From Vicinamibacteria bacterium (lineage in GTDB: Bacteria; Acidobacteriota; Vicinamibacteria; Vicinamibacterales; JAENWD01): DNA of 64,000 nucleotides. A model generated the notes under the pieces. The model worked only from the letters and a program-made list of their open reading frames with translations. It was not told the DNA's origin and ran no database searches. Location: contig CAWDZE010000008.1 of assembly GCA_963806705.1 (NCBI GenBank), positions 104,700 through 168,699 of the forward strand. The letters are read 5' to 3'. Shown here piece by piece: positions 11,075-20,425 of the stretch (position 1 is the first letter of the stretch; the number at the start of each line of letters is the position of its first letter). Made by a program: the position numbers and the translations under genes.

Positions 11075-11198
11075 GCGCGGCGGCTCGAGCATTGAGCCTG
11101 AGCCGGCCTCGTGGTCAACCGCGCCCTTTCGCGTAGGATGTCGGTCGATGATCCGACGGGGGCGGCGGCCGCACGAAGGTGACCTACGCGACGGAGGG

Positions 11199-11666
11199 CT
11201 ACGTCGAACGCAAGCTCGGCTGGAGCGGTGACTTGGCGCGGTGAGTCCAGCGCATCAACAATTTGTGCGGCCCGTTCCGGTCGTAAACGTCGAATCCGGA
11301 CCGCTTGTACAAGGAGACCGCAGGGTTGTTGCGCAGAACCTGCAGCGTGAGTGGCTTTCCGGCTTCGAGAGCCTGCCGCTGGCAATGCTCGATCAAGGCA
11401 CTGCCCAGACCCTGTCGTTGCATCTCCGGCAGAATGGCCATCCACACGAGATGCATTTCGTCGGTCCAGTCAGCCAGCGTGAGAACACCAACCGGTCTTT
11501 CATCGATCAGAACGATCTCTCCTCGCAACGATTCGGCGGCGTAACCGCGCTGCGTCTCTTCATCCCAGCCGTAGGATTGACTGATGGCCTCCTTCATCGT
11601 TGCGACGCGAAGCCGCCAGATGAAATCCAGGTCAGCTTCTTCGGCCTTTCGCAAACGGAAGGTCAT
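11199..11666 (-). CDS. GNAT family N-acetyltransferase
   Basis: ILPEMQRQGLGSALI (motif A), LQVLRNNPAVSLYKRSGF. Confidence 0.9.
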   Translation of the reverse strand: MTFRLRKAEEADLDFIWRLRVATMKEAISQSYGWDEETQRGYAAESLRGEIVLIDERPVGVLTLADWTDEMHLVWMAILPEMQRQGLGSALIEHCQRQALEAGKPLTLQVLRNNPAVSLYKRSGFDVYDRNGPHKLLMRWTHRAKSPLQPSLRST

Positions 11667-11683
11667 CAGTGTCCGCGCCCACG

Positions 11684-11770
11684 ATGATGGCAGGGTTTGG
11701 CGGGCGCATCCCGGACAACGAGATCTGGAGCGTGGTGAACTACCTGCGCGCGCTCACTGAAAAGAAGTAA
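11684..11770 (+). pseudogene. C-terminal remnant of a c-type cytochrome
   Basis: MMAGFGGRIPDNEIWSVVNYLRALTEKK* matches the axial-Met plus C-terminal helix of class I cytochromes c; no CxxCH upstream. Confidence 0.6.
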
Positions 11771-11776
11771 CGCCAA

Positions 11777-13207
11777 TCACTCGTACGTGAACGACACGTA
11801 CATCAGGCGACCCTCTCTCTGAATCTGCAGCGTGACCGGCGCACCCGGCTTGAGCTCGCCCAGCGCGCCTCGCAGCTGATTGAGCGTGAACATCTTCGTG
11901 TTGTTGAGGGTGCGGATGACGTCCCTCGGCATGACTGGCACTTCGCTTCGCGCGCCTGCCGCACGCGCGGCGACCACGATGCCGTACGGGTCCCTGAGGC
12001 CGCTGGCCATGGTCACGACCCGCGGATCGATCTCGACGGCGAGGATGCCGAGCTCTGACACCAGGTTCTTCTCCGGGTCGGCGAGCGACGACACGGAATC
12101 GAACTCGCTCTTCTGCTCGACCGCCGTGACGCCCAGGTTCACCTCGCTCGTCCCGCGCAGGACCGCGAGCTGCACCTTCTCCGTCGAGTCACGAAGCCTG
12201 AACTTGTAGTTCACGGTCGGCAGGTTCTCTGCCGGCTCGCCGTCGACCGATACGAGGATGTCGCCAGGCTGCAGTCCAGCGGCCTCTGCCGGACCGCGAG
12301 GCCACACATCGGACACGATCACGCCCGAATCGCGAGCCAGGCCGAGACCACCGGCCATCTCGGGAGTGATGGTCTGAAGGCTCATGCCCACTTCCTGGCG
12401 CCGCAACTGCCCGTACTGCTTGAAGTGCCGGAACGCAGTGCGGATCGTCGCGCTCGGAATGGCGAAGCCGAGCCCGTCGCTGCCGCCAGACTGCGACATG
12501 ATGAACGTGTTGACGCCGACGACCTCGCCGCGCACGTTGACGAGCGGTCCGCCGGAATTGCCGGGATTGATCGGCGCGTCGGTCTGCAGATAGATGAGTG
12601 GCGAATCGGGATCGGGTTGCCGGGCGACGGCGGAGACCAACCCGTGCGTCAGGGTATGACGCAGTCCCGAGGGGCTGCCGAAGGCGAACACGGTCTCGCC
12701 CTGACGCACCTGCGAATAGGTTGCCAGCGTCAGGGCCGGCAGCGTCATGTTGTCGATCTTCAGCAGCGCAAGGTCGATCTCGCTGCTGATGCCCACGATG
12801 CGGGCGGGCACGATGTTCATCTTCGGCGAGAGCGCCGTAGCCAGCGATCCGTCGGCCTTGGTGGGCGGCAGCAGGATCTGTACGCGCTGCGCATTGGCCA
12901 CCACGTGAGCGTTGGTCATGATGTAGCCGTCGGGATCGACGACGAACCCCGAGCCCACCGATCGCTGGCGGCCGACGACCAGCGCGGTCTCACCCGGCAC
13001 GCTTCGCTCCTGCGGGCCGTAGCTGGTCACGAGGACCTGGACGACGCTGGGCCAGACTTTCCTGGTGAGCGCGTCAATCGACTCGTTCACCCGCTCGAGC
13101 GCGTCGGGATACGGGACGGGCTTTTGGGTCTGCGCGTGCGCCGCGCCGGACGTCGCGAAAAGGGCGACCAGAGCCACTATCAGCCGGAGCAGACGCACGC
13201 CGATCAT
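11777..13207 (-). CDS. HtrA/DegP-family serine protease with two PDZ domains
   Basis: TNAHVV, DLALLKI, TDAPINPGNSGGPL; signal peptide begins at MIGVRLL (13207). Confidence 0.93.
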   Translation of the reverse strand: MIGVRLLRLIVALVALFATSGAAHAQTQKPVPYPDALERVNESIDALTRKVWPSVVQVLVTSYGPQERSVPGETALVVGRQRSVGSGFVVDPDGYIMTNAHVVANAQRVQILLPPTKADGSLATALSPKMNIVPARIVGISSEIDLALLKIDNMTLPALTLATYSQVRQGETVFAFGSPSGLRHTLTHGLVSAVARQPDPDSPLIYLQTDAPINPGNSGGPLVNVRGEVVGVNTFIMSQSGGSDGLGFAIPSATIRTAFRHFKQYGQLRRQEVGMSLQTITPEMAGGLGLARDSGVIVSDVWPRGPAEAAGLQPGDILVSVDGEPAENLPTVNYKFRLRDSTEKVQLAVLRGTSEVNLGVTAVEQKSEFDSVSSLADPEKNLVSELGILAVEIDPRVVTMASGLRDPYGIVVAARAAGARSEVPVMPRDVIRTLNNTKMFTLNQLRGALGELKPGAPVTLQIQREGRLMYVSFTYE

Positions 13208-13227
13208 CGTGTTCCTTCCTCGGGGGA

Positions 13228-13689
13228 CTACTTCACCGTCAGGACGCCCTTCATCCCTGCCACGAAGTGACCCGGGAAGCTGCAAAGGTAGGGATAGCTG
13301 CCTGCCGCGGCCGGCACTTTGAACGTCACCTCCACGGTCTCGCCGGGACCTGCCAGCGTCGTCATCGCCAGGATCTTCGGTTTCATCGCCGCGGGGATGT
13401 AACCGGTGGCGCTTGCGGTCGCCGCTGCGTTGGCAAACGCCGCCGCATCGGTCCCCTTGGCGAGCAACACGAAGTTGTGTCCCATCACGACCTTCGGCAG
13501 CGTGCCGACCGACTTCAGGCGCACCTTGATCGTCTCGCCAGGCTTGGCGCTGATGGCCGTGAGATTGAACTTCATCTGGTCGTTGCCGGTGAGGTCCACG
13601 ACTCGCGGCTTGGCCTGCGCCATCGCGAGCGAGGAGGCGGACCAGAGGGTGACCGTGGCGACCAGTCGGACGAACCAACGATTACGCAT
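13228..13689 (-). CDS. Azurin/auracyanin-like blue copper protein
   Basis: NDQMKF, MGHNFV, YLCSFPGHF..M type-1 Cu ligands; signal peptide. Confidence 0.9.
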   Translation of the reverse strand: MRNRWFVRLVATVTLWSASSLAMAQAKPRVVDLTGNDQMKFNLTAISAKPGETIKVRLKSVGTLPKVVMGHNFVLLAKGTDAAAFANAAATASATGYIPAAMKPKILAMTTLAGPGETVEVTFKVPAAAGSYPYLCSFPGHFVAGMKGVLTVK

Positions 13690-13879
13690 GTGATCAATCG
13701 CTCCATCATCATCAGGCCGTGCACTCGACACGCAGTCCCGGATGGTGTCTGCGCGGGCCAGCCTCTATGCCGTCATCAGAGTCATACGCGAACTGGGACA
13801 GTCGGCGCAAGCCCGGAGTCGTCATCAGCAGGCGGTGTTGGACGGTGCGGACTTGGACGGATGGTGGCTTTAGCGCATC

Positions 13880-14329
13880 ATGGGGTGCAAGGGAGGCAGT
13901 GACGTGTTTCGATTGCTCCGGACGATTCTGCTGCTAGCGATCCTGGGTGCCATCGGCGTGATGGCCTACAACTACTCCATGGGGCGCGGATTCACGTTGA
14001 GCTACCCGGCCGGGCCAGGCCTCGATGCCGACGCTGCCAGGCGGCGCGGCGGCGAGTTGACCAAGGACGCCGCGCAGAAGGCCGGGGAAGCGGCGACAAA
14101 GATCGAGCAGGCCGTCGGTGAAGGCGCCGTGACGGCGAAGATCAAGTCGAAGATGGCCCTCGACGACCACGTGAAGGCCCGCGCGATCGACGTGGACACG
14201 TCGGGAAGTGTCGTCACGCTCAGCGGCGTCGTCCAGTCCGATGACGAGCGCGAGCGTGCCCTGAAGCTGGCGCGCGAAACCGCGGGCGTCACCCGGGTGA
14301 TCGACCGCCTTGAAGTGAAAGCACCGTAG
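13880..14329 (+). CDS. BON (OsmY-like) domain protein
   Basis: VTAKIKSKMALDD..IDVDT..VVTLSGVV..GVTRVIDRL; likely start at GTG 13904. Confidence 0.88.
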   Translation: MGCKGGSDVFRLLRTILLLAILGAIGVMAYNYSMGRGFTLSYPAGPGLDADAARRRGGELTKDAAQKAGEAATKIEQAVGEGAVTAKIKSKMALDDHVKARAIDVDTSGSVVTLSGVVQSDDERERALKLARETAGVTRVIDRLEVKAP

Positions 14330-14347
14330 GCGGTTCGGAATCAACCA

Positions 14348-15337
14348 GTGATCGTGCGTCTTGCTTGTCCGGCTCTGTTAGCGATGTGCCTCGCCGCCGG
14401 GTGCGGCGGGGAGCGCCGGCCGGGCGCGCCGGCCGCGCCGAGTGGAACCATTTCGCCGCTGGCGCTCGCGTATCTCAACGAGCTGGTCGCGCTCATGGAG
14501 GCGCATTCCGTCAATCGCCTGAAGATCGATTGGAACGCTTTCCGAACGAGCGTCGTGGCGGCGGCCGGGGCAGCGCAATCGGTGCAGGCGACGTTCCCGG
14601 CGATACAGACGGCACTCACGCTGCTAGGCGATGGCCATAGTTTCTACCGGCCGCTGAACGGGTTCACCATGTCGGCAGTCACTCGAACCTGTCGCGGGGT
14701 GAGCATGGGCGAAGTGACGCTGCCCGACACCGTGGGGTACGTCAGAGTCGGTGCCTTCGGTGGAAGCGCCGCCGAAGCGAGCGACTTCGCGAACGGGCTG
14801 CAGCGTGCCATTGCCAGCGCCGACCGCAACGACATGGCCGGCTGGATCGTCGACTTGCGAGGCAATGGCGGCGGCAACATGTGGCCTATGATCGCTGGTG
14901 TCGGGCCGGTTCTCGGGGAGGGCCGTGCCGGCTACTTCATCGACCCTGTCGGAGCCGAGAGCTGGTGGGAGTACCGGGACGGCGCGTCCTGGAACGACGG
15001 GGCAGTGATGCAACGCGTCGACGCCCCCTACCGTCTGCGTCAGGAATCGCCCAGGGTCGCCGTCCTCATCGACAACGGAACCGCAAGTTCCGGAGAAGCG
15101 GTTCTGATCGCGTTTCAGCGGCGCCCCGACACGCGTTCCTTTGGCAACTTCACCTGCGGTCTATCCACATCCAATGAGGAATACGTGATGAGCGACGGCG
15201 CCAGTCTGTTCCTCACGGTGTCGGTCATGGCCGATCGAACGAAGTTCCTTTATGGAGCCCAGATCGGGCCCGACGAGGAGTTTGTCTCCCCGAGGGATGC
15301 AGAACAGCGCGCCGTCGCCTGGCTCAACACCCCGTGA
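14348..15337 (+). CDS. S41 family peptidase, lipoprotein
   Basis: LAAGC lipobox, IVDLRGNGGG, TASSGE catalytic motif. Confidence 0.9.
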   Translation: MIVRLACPALLAMCLAAGCGGERRPGAPAAPSGTISPLALAYLNELVALMEAHSVNRLKIDWNAFRTSVVAAAGAAQSVQATFPAIQTALTLLGDGHSFYRPLNGFTMSAVTRTCRGVSMGEVTLPDTVGYVRVGAFGGSAAEASDFANGLQRAIASADRNDMAGWIVDLRGNGGGNMWPMIAGVGPVLGEGRAGYFIDPVGAESWWEYRDGASWNDGAVMQRVDAPYRLRQESPRVAVLIDNGTASSGEAVLIAFQRRPDTRSFGNFTCGLSTSNEEYVMSDGASLFLTVSVMADRTKFLYGAQIGPDEEFVSPRDAEQRAVAWLNTP

Positions 15338-15483
15338 CGCGGTGTTCGCGCGAGGTGGCGCGCATTTCGGCTGCTCTGCTACTCTAGACGGCCCGGCCGG
15401 ACCCAGGAGGCAGGTGACTTTTCTCGAAGCGGCGGCGGCGGTCGACAGGTTCCTGTTACGGGTGAACCGACCGGTTCAGTACC

Positions 15484-16624
15484 GTGGTGATCGCCGCGAC
15501 GATCCTGCACATGATCGCCGTGGCGATTCCGAACGTCCCGCGGCCTTACGTCGATTACGCCCGTTTCCCGCTGCTGAGCGGCGTTCACCAGTACGAGACC
15601 TACGGCACGGACACGATCGGCAATTCATACGTCGCCAAGGTCGTGTTGAATGATCCGCTCGACATGTACACCAAGGCGCGTCTTGAACAGACACCGCTCG
15701 AGAAGGCGACGTGGACCAGGGAGTCATCAGCCCCCTACCCGCCGGCGGCCTTGCTGACGGCGGCGGGGCTGTATGCCGTCGGGGAGGTGACGGGAGTCGG
15801 GTTCTACGGCATGGTCGTGCTGCTCGCCGCGCTGTTCATCGCGCTGTCGCTCTGGTATTTTCTGAATACGCGATGGTACCTCTTTCCCCTCCTGTACCTG
15901 AACTTCGCGTACTTCGGACATCGGTTCGTCTACGTACAGGACGACTCGTACCTCGCCATGCTCGTCGTGGTCATGATCGCGCTCGTCCTCGCGCGCTCGA
16001 GGCGCCAGGCCAGTCACATCCTGATGGCGCTCGCCATCACGATGAAGCTCTCGCCGGCGGCGTACGCGTGGCAGATCCTGACCATGAGACGTCGGTACGG
16101 CGATGATCTTTGCCGCCATCCTGCTTGCCGGTCTCGTGCTCCCTTATTTCATCTGGGACAACTACCTGTACATCTTCACATTCCACGAGCAGGTCAAAGG
16201 CAACGTCTACGACACGGTCGCGGCGGTCGCGCTGGTCGTGCCCTTCACGATTGTGCTGTGGTATGTCGAGACGCGGCTTGGGTTCGACATGGAGGATCGG
16301 ATCGGGTGGTCGCTGGTTCCGTTCGCGATGTTTGTCGGCATCAAGATGCGGGTCGCCCGGCACCTGCTGATCGTGCTCCTGGTGCCGGACAAGCGGGGTC
16401 CGCGCAACATCGCGGCATCCATCGGCCTCGCGCTCCACGCCGCGGCTCCGGATGTGTTCCGACTCGGGTCGGTGCTTTACATCACGACCGTTCTGCTCTT
16501 GGCACTCCTGGCGCATTATCTGTGGAGAATCGGCTGGGCGACGGTTCGCGATGACGCGCGGCATCCGCTGCGCACCGCCAGGCTGCTGTTGTCGGAGCGC
16601 CGGCCGGGTTCTATGGCGGCATAG
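15484..16624 (+). CDS. GT-C type (GT87-like) membrane glycosyltransferase; frameshift near 16100
   Basis: APYPPAALL, VQDD, ALAITMKLSP motifs with multiple TM helices; continues in ORF 16103-16624. Confidence 0.55.
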
Positions 16625-16670
16625 TCGCGGTGCAGATCGCACCGCGGCGGCCATTGGAAACGAGACTGCC

Positions 16671-17927
16671 TTGAATGCGGACCTGATGCGGGCCATCGAC
16701 TACTGGGTCGGGATCCCGCTCGCCTTTCTCCTCACCATCGCCTGCCGCGTCCAGCGCCTCATCGGACTGGCCAGTTCTCCGGTCGGCAGGCCCCGGAACA
16801 TCCTGTTCATTCAGCTCGCCGAGATGGGGACGATGGTCGTGGCCTATCCCTCGCTCAGGAAAGCGCGCGAGCTCCATCCGGACGCCACGCTGCACTTTCT
16901 CTGCTTCAAGCAGATCCGGTCGAGCGTGGAGATCCTCGATATCATCCCATCCGAGAACATCATCACCCTTGACGCGGATTCCGGCCTGTCACTCGCGCGC
17001 GACACGCTGCTGTTTCTGTGGCGGGCCCGCGTCCGCCGCATCGACACCGTGATCAACATGGAAGCCTTCGTCAGGTACAGCAGCATGCTGAGCTACCTGT
17101 CTGGCGCTTGCCGACGCGTCGGGTTCCACCGGTTCAACCAGGAAGGGCTGTACGCCGGCGACCTGCTGACACACAAGGTGCTGCACAACGCCCACATCCA
17201 TGCCGCGCACACCTTCCTCGATCTCGTGCACGCGCTCGACTCGCCGCCAGACCAGGTGCCGCTGGTGAAACGGCCGAGGACCATGGACCGCCTGGACGTG
17301 CCGAAGATTTCGACCGACGCGAGCACGGCTGCCGAAATCTGGCGGAAGCTCCGCGCGATCCATGCCGACATCGGACCGACCCGCAAGCTCGTCGTTCTGA
17401 ATCCCAACGCCAGCGCCAGGTTTCCAATGCGCCGCTGGCCGCTCGAGTCGTTCACCGAGCTCGCCCGCCAGCTGCTGGACGATCCCGAGGTCTTCGTGCT
17501 GATCACGGGTGTTGCCAGCGAGAAGCCCGACGCGCAATACATGTGCGCGCGGCTCGGCTCGCCACGTGCGCTGGACCTCACTGGCCAGACCACGATGACA
17601 GAGCTGCTGCATCTGTTCGATCTCGCGCACGTGCTGGTCACCAACGACTCGGGACCGGCCCACTTCGCGGCGCTGACACGGATCCGCGAAGTCGTCTTCT
17701 TCGGGCCGGAGATCCCCGAGCGCTATGGGCCGCTGACGACCAACTCGGACGTGATCCACACTGGTTACTCCTGCAGCCCATGCATCGGTCCGCTCAACCA
17801 GCGGCGGTCGCCCTGCAACGACAACTTGTGCCTGAAGAGCATCACGATCGAGGAGATCGCCGTGCTGGTTCGCTCGCGTCTCGAGGCGGTGCGCTCCTCA
17901 GCTGCACCCGTTGGCGCTGCTCGCTGA
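16671..17927 (+). CDS. Glycosyltransferase family 9 (heptosyltransferase-like)
   Basis: QLAEMGTMV, RRWPLESF, DLTGQTT, VTNDSGPAHFAA, CSPC..C..C. Confidence 0.9.
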   Translation: MNADLMRAIDYWVGIPLAFLLTIACRVQRLIGLASSPVGRPRNILFIQLAEMGTMVVAYPSLRKARELHPDATLHFLCFKQIRSSVEILDIIPSENIITLDADSGLSLARDTLLFLWRARVRRIDTVINMEAFVRYSSMLSYLSGACRRVGFHRFNQEGLYAGDLLTHKVLHNAHIHAAHTFLDLVHALDSPPDQVPLVKRPRTMDRLDVPKISTDASTAAEIWRKLRAIHADIGPTRKLVVLNPNASARFPMRRWPLESFTELARQLLDDPEVFVLITGVASEKPDAQYMCARLGSPRALDLTGQTTMTELLHLFDLAHVLVTNDSGPAHFAALTRIREVVFFGPEIPERYGPLTTNSDVIHTGYSCSPCIGPLNQRRSPCNDNLCLKSITIEEIAVLVRSRLEAVRSSAAPVGAAR

Positions 17928-18363
17928 TCGGCGATTCACGGGATCTCGCCACAGCGCTGGTTTGGCGAGGGCTCGCGACGCCGTCACTGGACGTCTCGCA
18001 GGTCCAATCGTCTTGGCTTCCGCCGCGCGTTTCGTTCGGGGACTCACCAACACTCGCGGAGGCCGTTGGAAAATCGTCGCCCACACCCGATATCGCGCCG
18101 TCCTCCTGCACTCTTGAGATCATGGCCGACGCGATCGCGTAGCGCTTCTCCGCGGCCGTGAGCCAGGTGGCCTCGACTTCGGCGCGGCGGGTCGTGTCGA
18201 CGGGGCCGAGGAACAGCCGGTCGATCTCGTTGAGGACGGCGAGCCCGCGTGACAACAGTTTCCTGAGGAACGGGTCGCGCACCGCGTGCCGCAGCGCCTG
18301 GGCTTCCGCGCGCCGGGCGTCGACGCGGTCTCGAAGCTCGTGGCGTCGCCTTGCGTCGATCAT
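17842..18363 (-). CDS. Hypothetical helical protein (3' end uncertain, overlaps the GT9 end)
   Basis: AGGAG RBS; amphipathic helical first ~100 aa; resembles 41047-41356. Confidence 0.5.
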   Translation of the reverse strand: MIDARRRHELRDRVDARRAEAQALRHAVRDPFLRKLLSRGLAVLNEIDRLFLGPVDTTRRAEVEATWLTAAEKRYAIASAMISRVQEDGAISGVGDDFPTASASVGESPNETRGGSQDDWTCETSSDGVASPRQTSAVARSRESPISEQRQRVQLRSAPPRDASEPARRSPRS

Positions 18364-18744
18364 CGTGTCACTCCTGCGGTACCCTGGGCCTCCCTGGCCG
18401 TCGAGGTGAAGCGGGTGTGTCGCGCTGGGCGGCGGCGCGTCGGGAAGCGGGCGTCAGGCTTCGGTTTCAGTCTGACCTCGCCGCCGCCGACCGCTGGACC
18501 ATGCAGTTTCCACCCGTCGTGCAGTGATTCAACACCGGGGCCGGCGTCTCATCGCCGGTAGTGGCCGGGCACACCCAATGGCTTACACAAGGGGTGTGCC
18601 AGCCCCTGACGAGCGACGCCGCACGGCTACGCCGGAAGCCCGCCTGCAGCTCATCACTGCGAGTTGGATTCCGTCGGCACTCAACCCAGGCCGGAGGTTC
18701 GGCGAAGCGGGGCACTCGCAGTGAGCGGGACCTTGCCTTACCGG

Positions 18745-18773
18745 TTGACACTCAGCGGATGAAGGCTCAGCAT
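18745..18773 (+). promoter_or_regulatory. Possible sigma70 promoter for the metal operon
   Basis: Perfect TTGACA at 18745, but only a weak -10 (CAGCAT) at 17-bp spacing. Confidence 0.3.
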
Positions 18774-18777
18774 CTAG

Positions 18778-19140
18778 TTGGTGCCCGGTCTCCGAGTGTT
18801 CAGCGCGGGTTTGTTGCTGACGGCCCTGTTCGCCGGCAACGCCGCCGTGTGCGCCGCTGCAGCCCGAACCGCTGACGCGGAGATGGCGTGTTGCAAGGCC
18901 GGCCATCGCACGTGCGGGCGAATGACCAGCGCGAGCGATTGCTGCAAGTCGCGCCAGCAGACCGCCCCTACCAGCCCAGTCGCCAAACAGGTCGATGTCG
19001 CGGTCGTGATTGCTCTCCCGGCCAGCGTCCCGGCGCTGTTCGCGTTGGTCACGGAAAGTCGCCTGGACGTGCCGGCGGACGGCACGTGGAAGCGGCCGCA
19101 CGATCCCCCCCACCTCCACGCATTCTCCATGCTGATCTAG
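18778..19140 (+). CDS. Cys-rich leader protein of the metal operon (DUF2946-like architecture)
   Basis: Signal/TM segment, MACCKAGH..C..DCCK, Pro-rich C-terminus RPHDPPHLH. Confidence 0.65.
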   Translation: MVPGLRVFSAGLLLTALFAGNAAVCAAAARTADAEMACCKAGHRTCGRMTSASDCCKSRQQTAPTSPVAKQVDVAVVIALPASVPALFALVTESRLDVPADGTWKRPHDPPHLHAFSMLI

Positions 19141-19195
19141 CTCCTCGCGGCTCACAACGCAGCGGCCGGTATTCGTCTGCTTCAAGGAGTGCGAG

Positions 19196-19573
19196 ATGCG
19201 GGAACGTGTGTACGCCGCCGCCGGGCTGATGTCAGCTCTGACGACGCTCGTCTGTTGAACGCTGCCGATCTTGTTCGTGAGCCTAGGTCTAGGCTCCGTC
19301 ATTGCGTCGGCACTTAGCGCAGCGCCCTGGATCGCGTCAGTCGGACGCCACAAAAACGGCGTCTTTCTGACCGTCGCGGCGCTGCTCGCCTTTAACTATT
19401 GGATCGCCATTGCGCGCCCTCGCCGCCAGGCGTGTCCACCGGGAGAGGTGTGTCACATCGACAGCCCGGCCATGCGCGTCAATCGCTGGCTGTACTGGGC
19501 GTCGGTGGTGATTTACCTGGTCGCGGTGGTGGTGACGTACGCGGCGCTGTGGTGGGTGGAGAGGCAGTCATGA
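19196..19573 (+). CDS. MerT-like mercury/heavy-metal transporter, predicted selenoprotein (Sec21, TGA 19256-19258)
   Basis: AAGGAG RBS then ATG 19196: MRERVYAAAGLMSALTTLVC-TGA-TLPILFVSLGLG, in frame with ORF 19271-19573. The TGA sits in the MerT CC motif; loop CPPGEVC is retained; 3 TM helices. Confidence 0.8.
19263..19312 (+). promoter_or_regulatory. Candidate bacterial SECIS element (MerT-like gene)
   Basis: Upper stem GAGCCTA/TAGGCTC (19279-19296) with GGTC loop; lower stem TGCCGA/TCGGCA; loop lies 27 nt after UGA; uses rare CTA codons. Confidence 0.7.
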
Positions 19574-20415
19574 ACACGACCGCGGCCTGCCTGGCCGCCG
19601 CGCTTTGCGCCCTTCCCCAGGCGACCCTAGCCTCTGGACATGGGCCGGTCTTCGGAGCCACAACGCCGACGCTTGGCAAAGGGGGATGGAGCGTCGACAC
19701 GGCATGGACGCTGCGCGCCAGTGAGCCTGAGGGCGCAGAGCAGATGCTCAAGAGCATGATCAGTTTCGGCATCACCGAGAACCTGCAGCTCTCGGCATCG
19801 CTGCCCCTCGCAACCACGAGCGGAACACTGCCTGGGGCTCGCATGATGAGCCTGATGTCGAATGAGCGGGAACTCGAGGTGCTGGCCGGCTATCGGTTTC
19901 AACGCCGCGTGGTCGGCATCGGCGGGCGGCAGGAGAGTACCGTCTACGCCGGGTGGACGCTTCCATTTGAATCGACACGGGGAGGCATCCGGGCGTCACC
20001 GTCGCTGTACCTCGGGGCCGCAACCGGTTACGCGTCGCGGTCGCACTATGTCTGGGTGGGAGGCGGCCTGCAGCACTTCACCGAGGACCAGGGCGACCAG
20101 CTGGGGGCCAGCCGCTTCGCCAGCGTCGTCTATGGCTTCCGGCCCAAGCCGTTGCGCGTCGAGGCGCACAAGCCCGATGCGCGGCTGTTTGTCGAGGCGA
20201 CTGCCGAGGATCGGCAGCCGGACAAGGCGGGCGGAGTCCGGCAGGCCACCGCCGCCCGATCCGTGTTTGTTGGACCGACGACGCTGATCCTGTATAAGGC
20301 GTTCGCCTTTGAGGCGGGGGTGCTCTTTCCGGCCTACCAGCGTGTGGACGCGGGACGGAGCAAGGAGCGTCTCCGCGTGGCCGTGAACCTGAGTTATTTC
20401 TTTTGGCTGAAATGA
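19570..20415 (+). CDS. Putative outer-membrane beta-barrel transporter
   Basis: ATGA overlap with the merT-like gene; signal peptide then HGPVFG; alternating aromatic beta strands; ends VNLSYFFWLK. Confidence 0.75.
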   Translation: MNTTAACLAAALCALPQATLASGHGPVFGATTPTLGKGGWSVDTAWTLRASEPEGAEQMLKSMISFGITENLQLSASLPLATTSGTLPGARMMSLMSNERELEVLAGYRFQRRVVGIGGRQESTVYAGWTLPFESTRGGIRASPSLYLGAATGYASRSHYVWVGGGLQHFTEDQGDQLGASRFASVVYGFRPKPLRVEAHKPDARLFVEATAEDRQPDKAGGVRQATAARSVFVGPTTLILYKAFAFEAGVLFPAYQRVDAGRSKERLRVAVNLSYFFWLK

Positions 20416-20425
20416 GAGGTGCGAT

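Noticed and set aside
13208..13678. 633-aa HtrA with a long N-terminal extension, as in the ORF track
   Set aside because: The extension is an off-frame shadow of the azurin-like gene; the signal peptide and RBS place the start at 13207.
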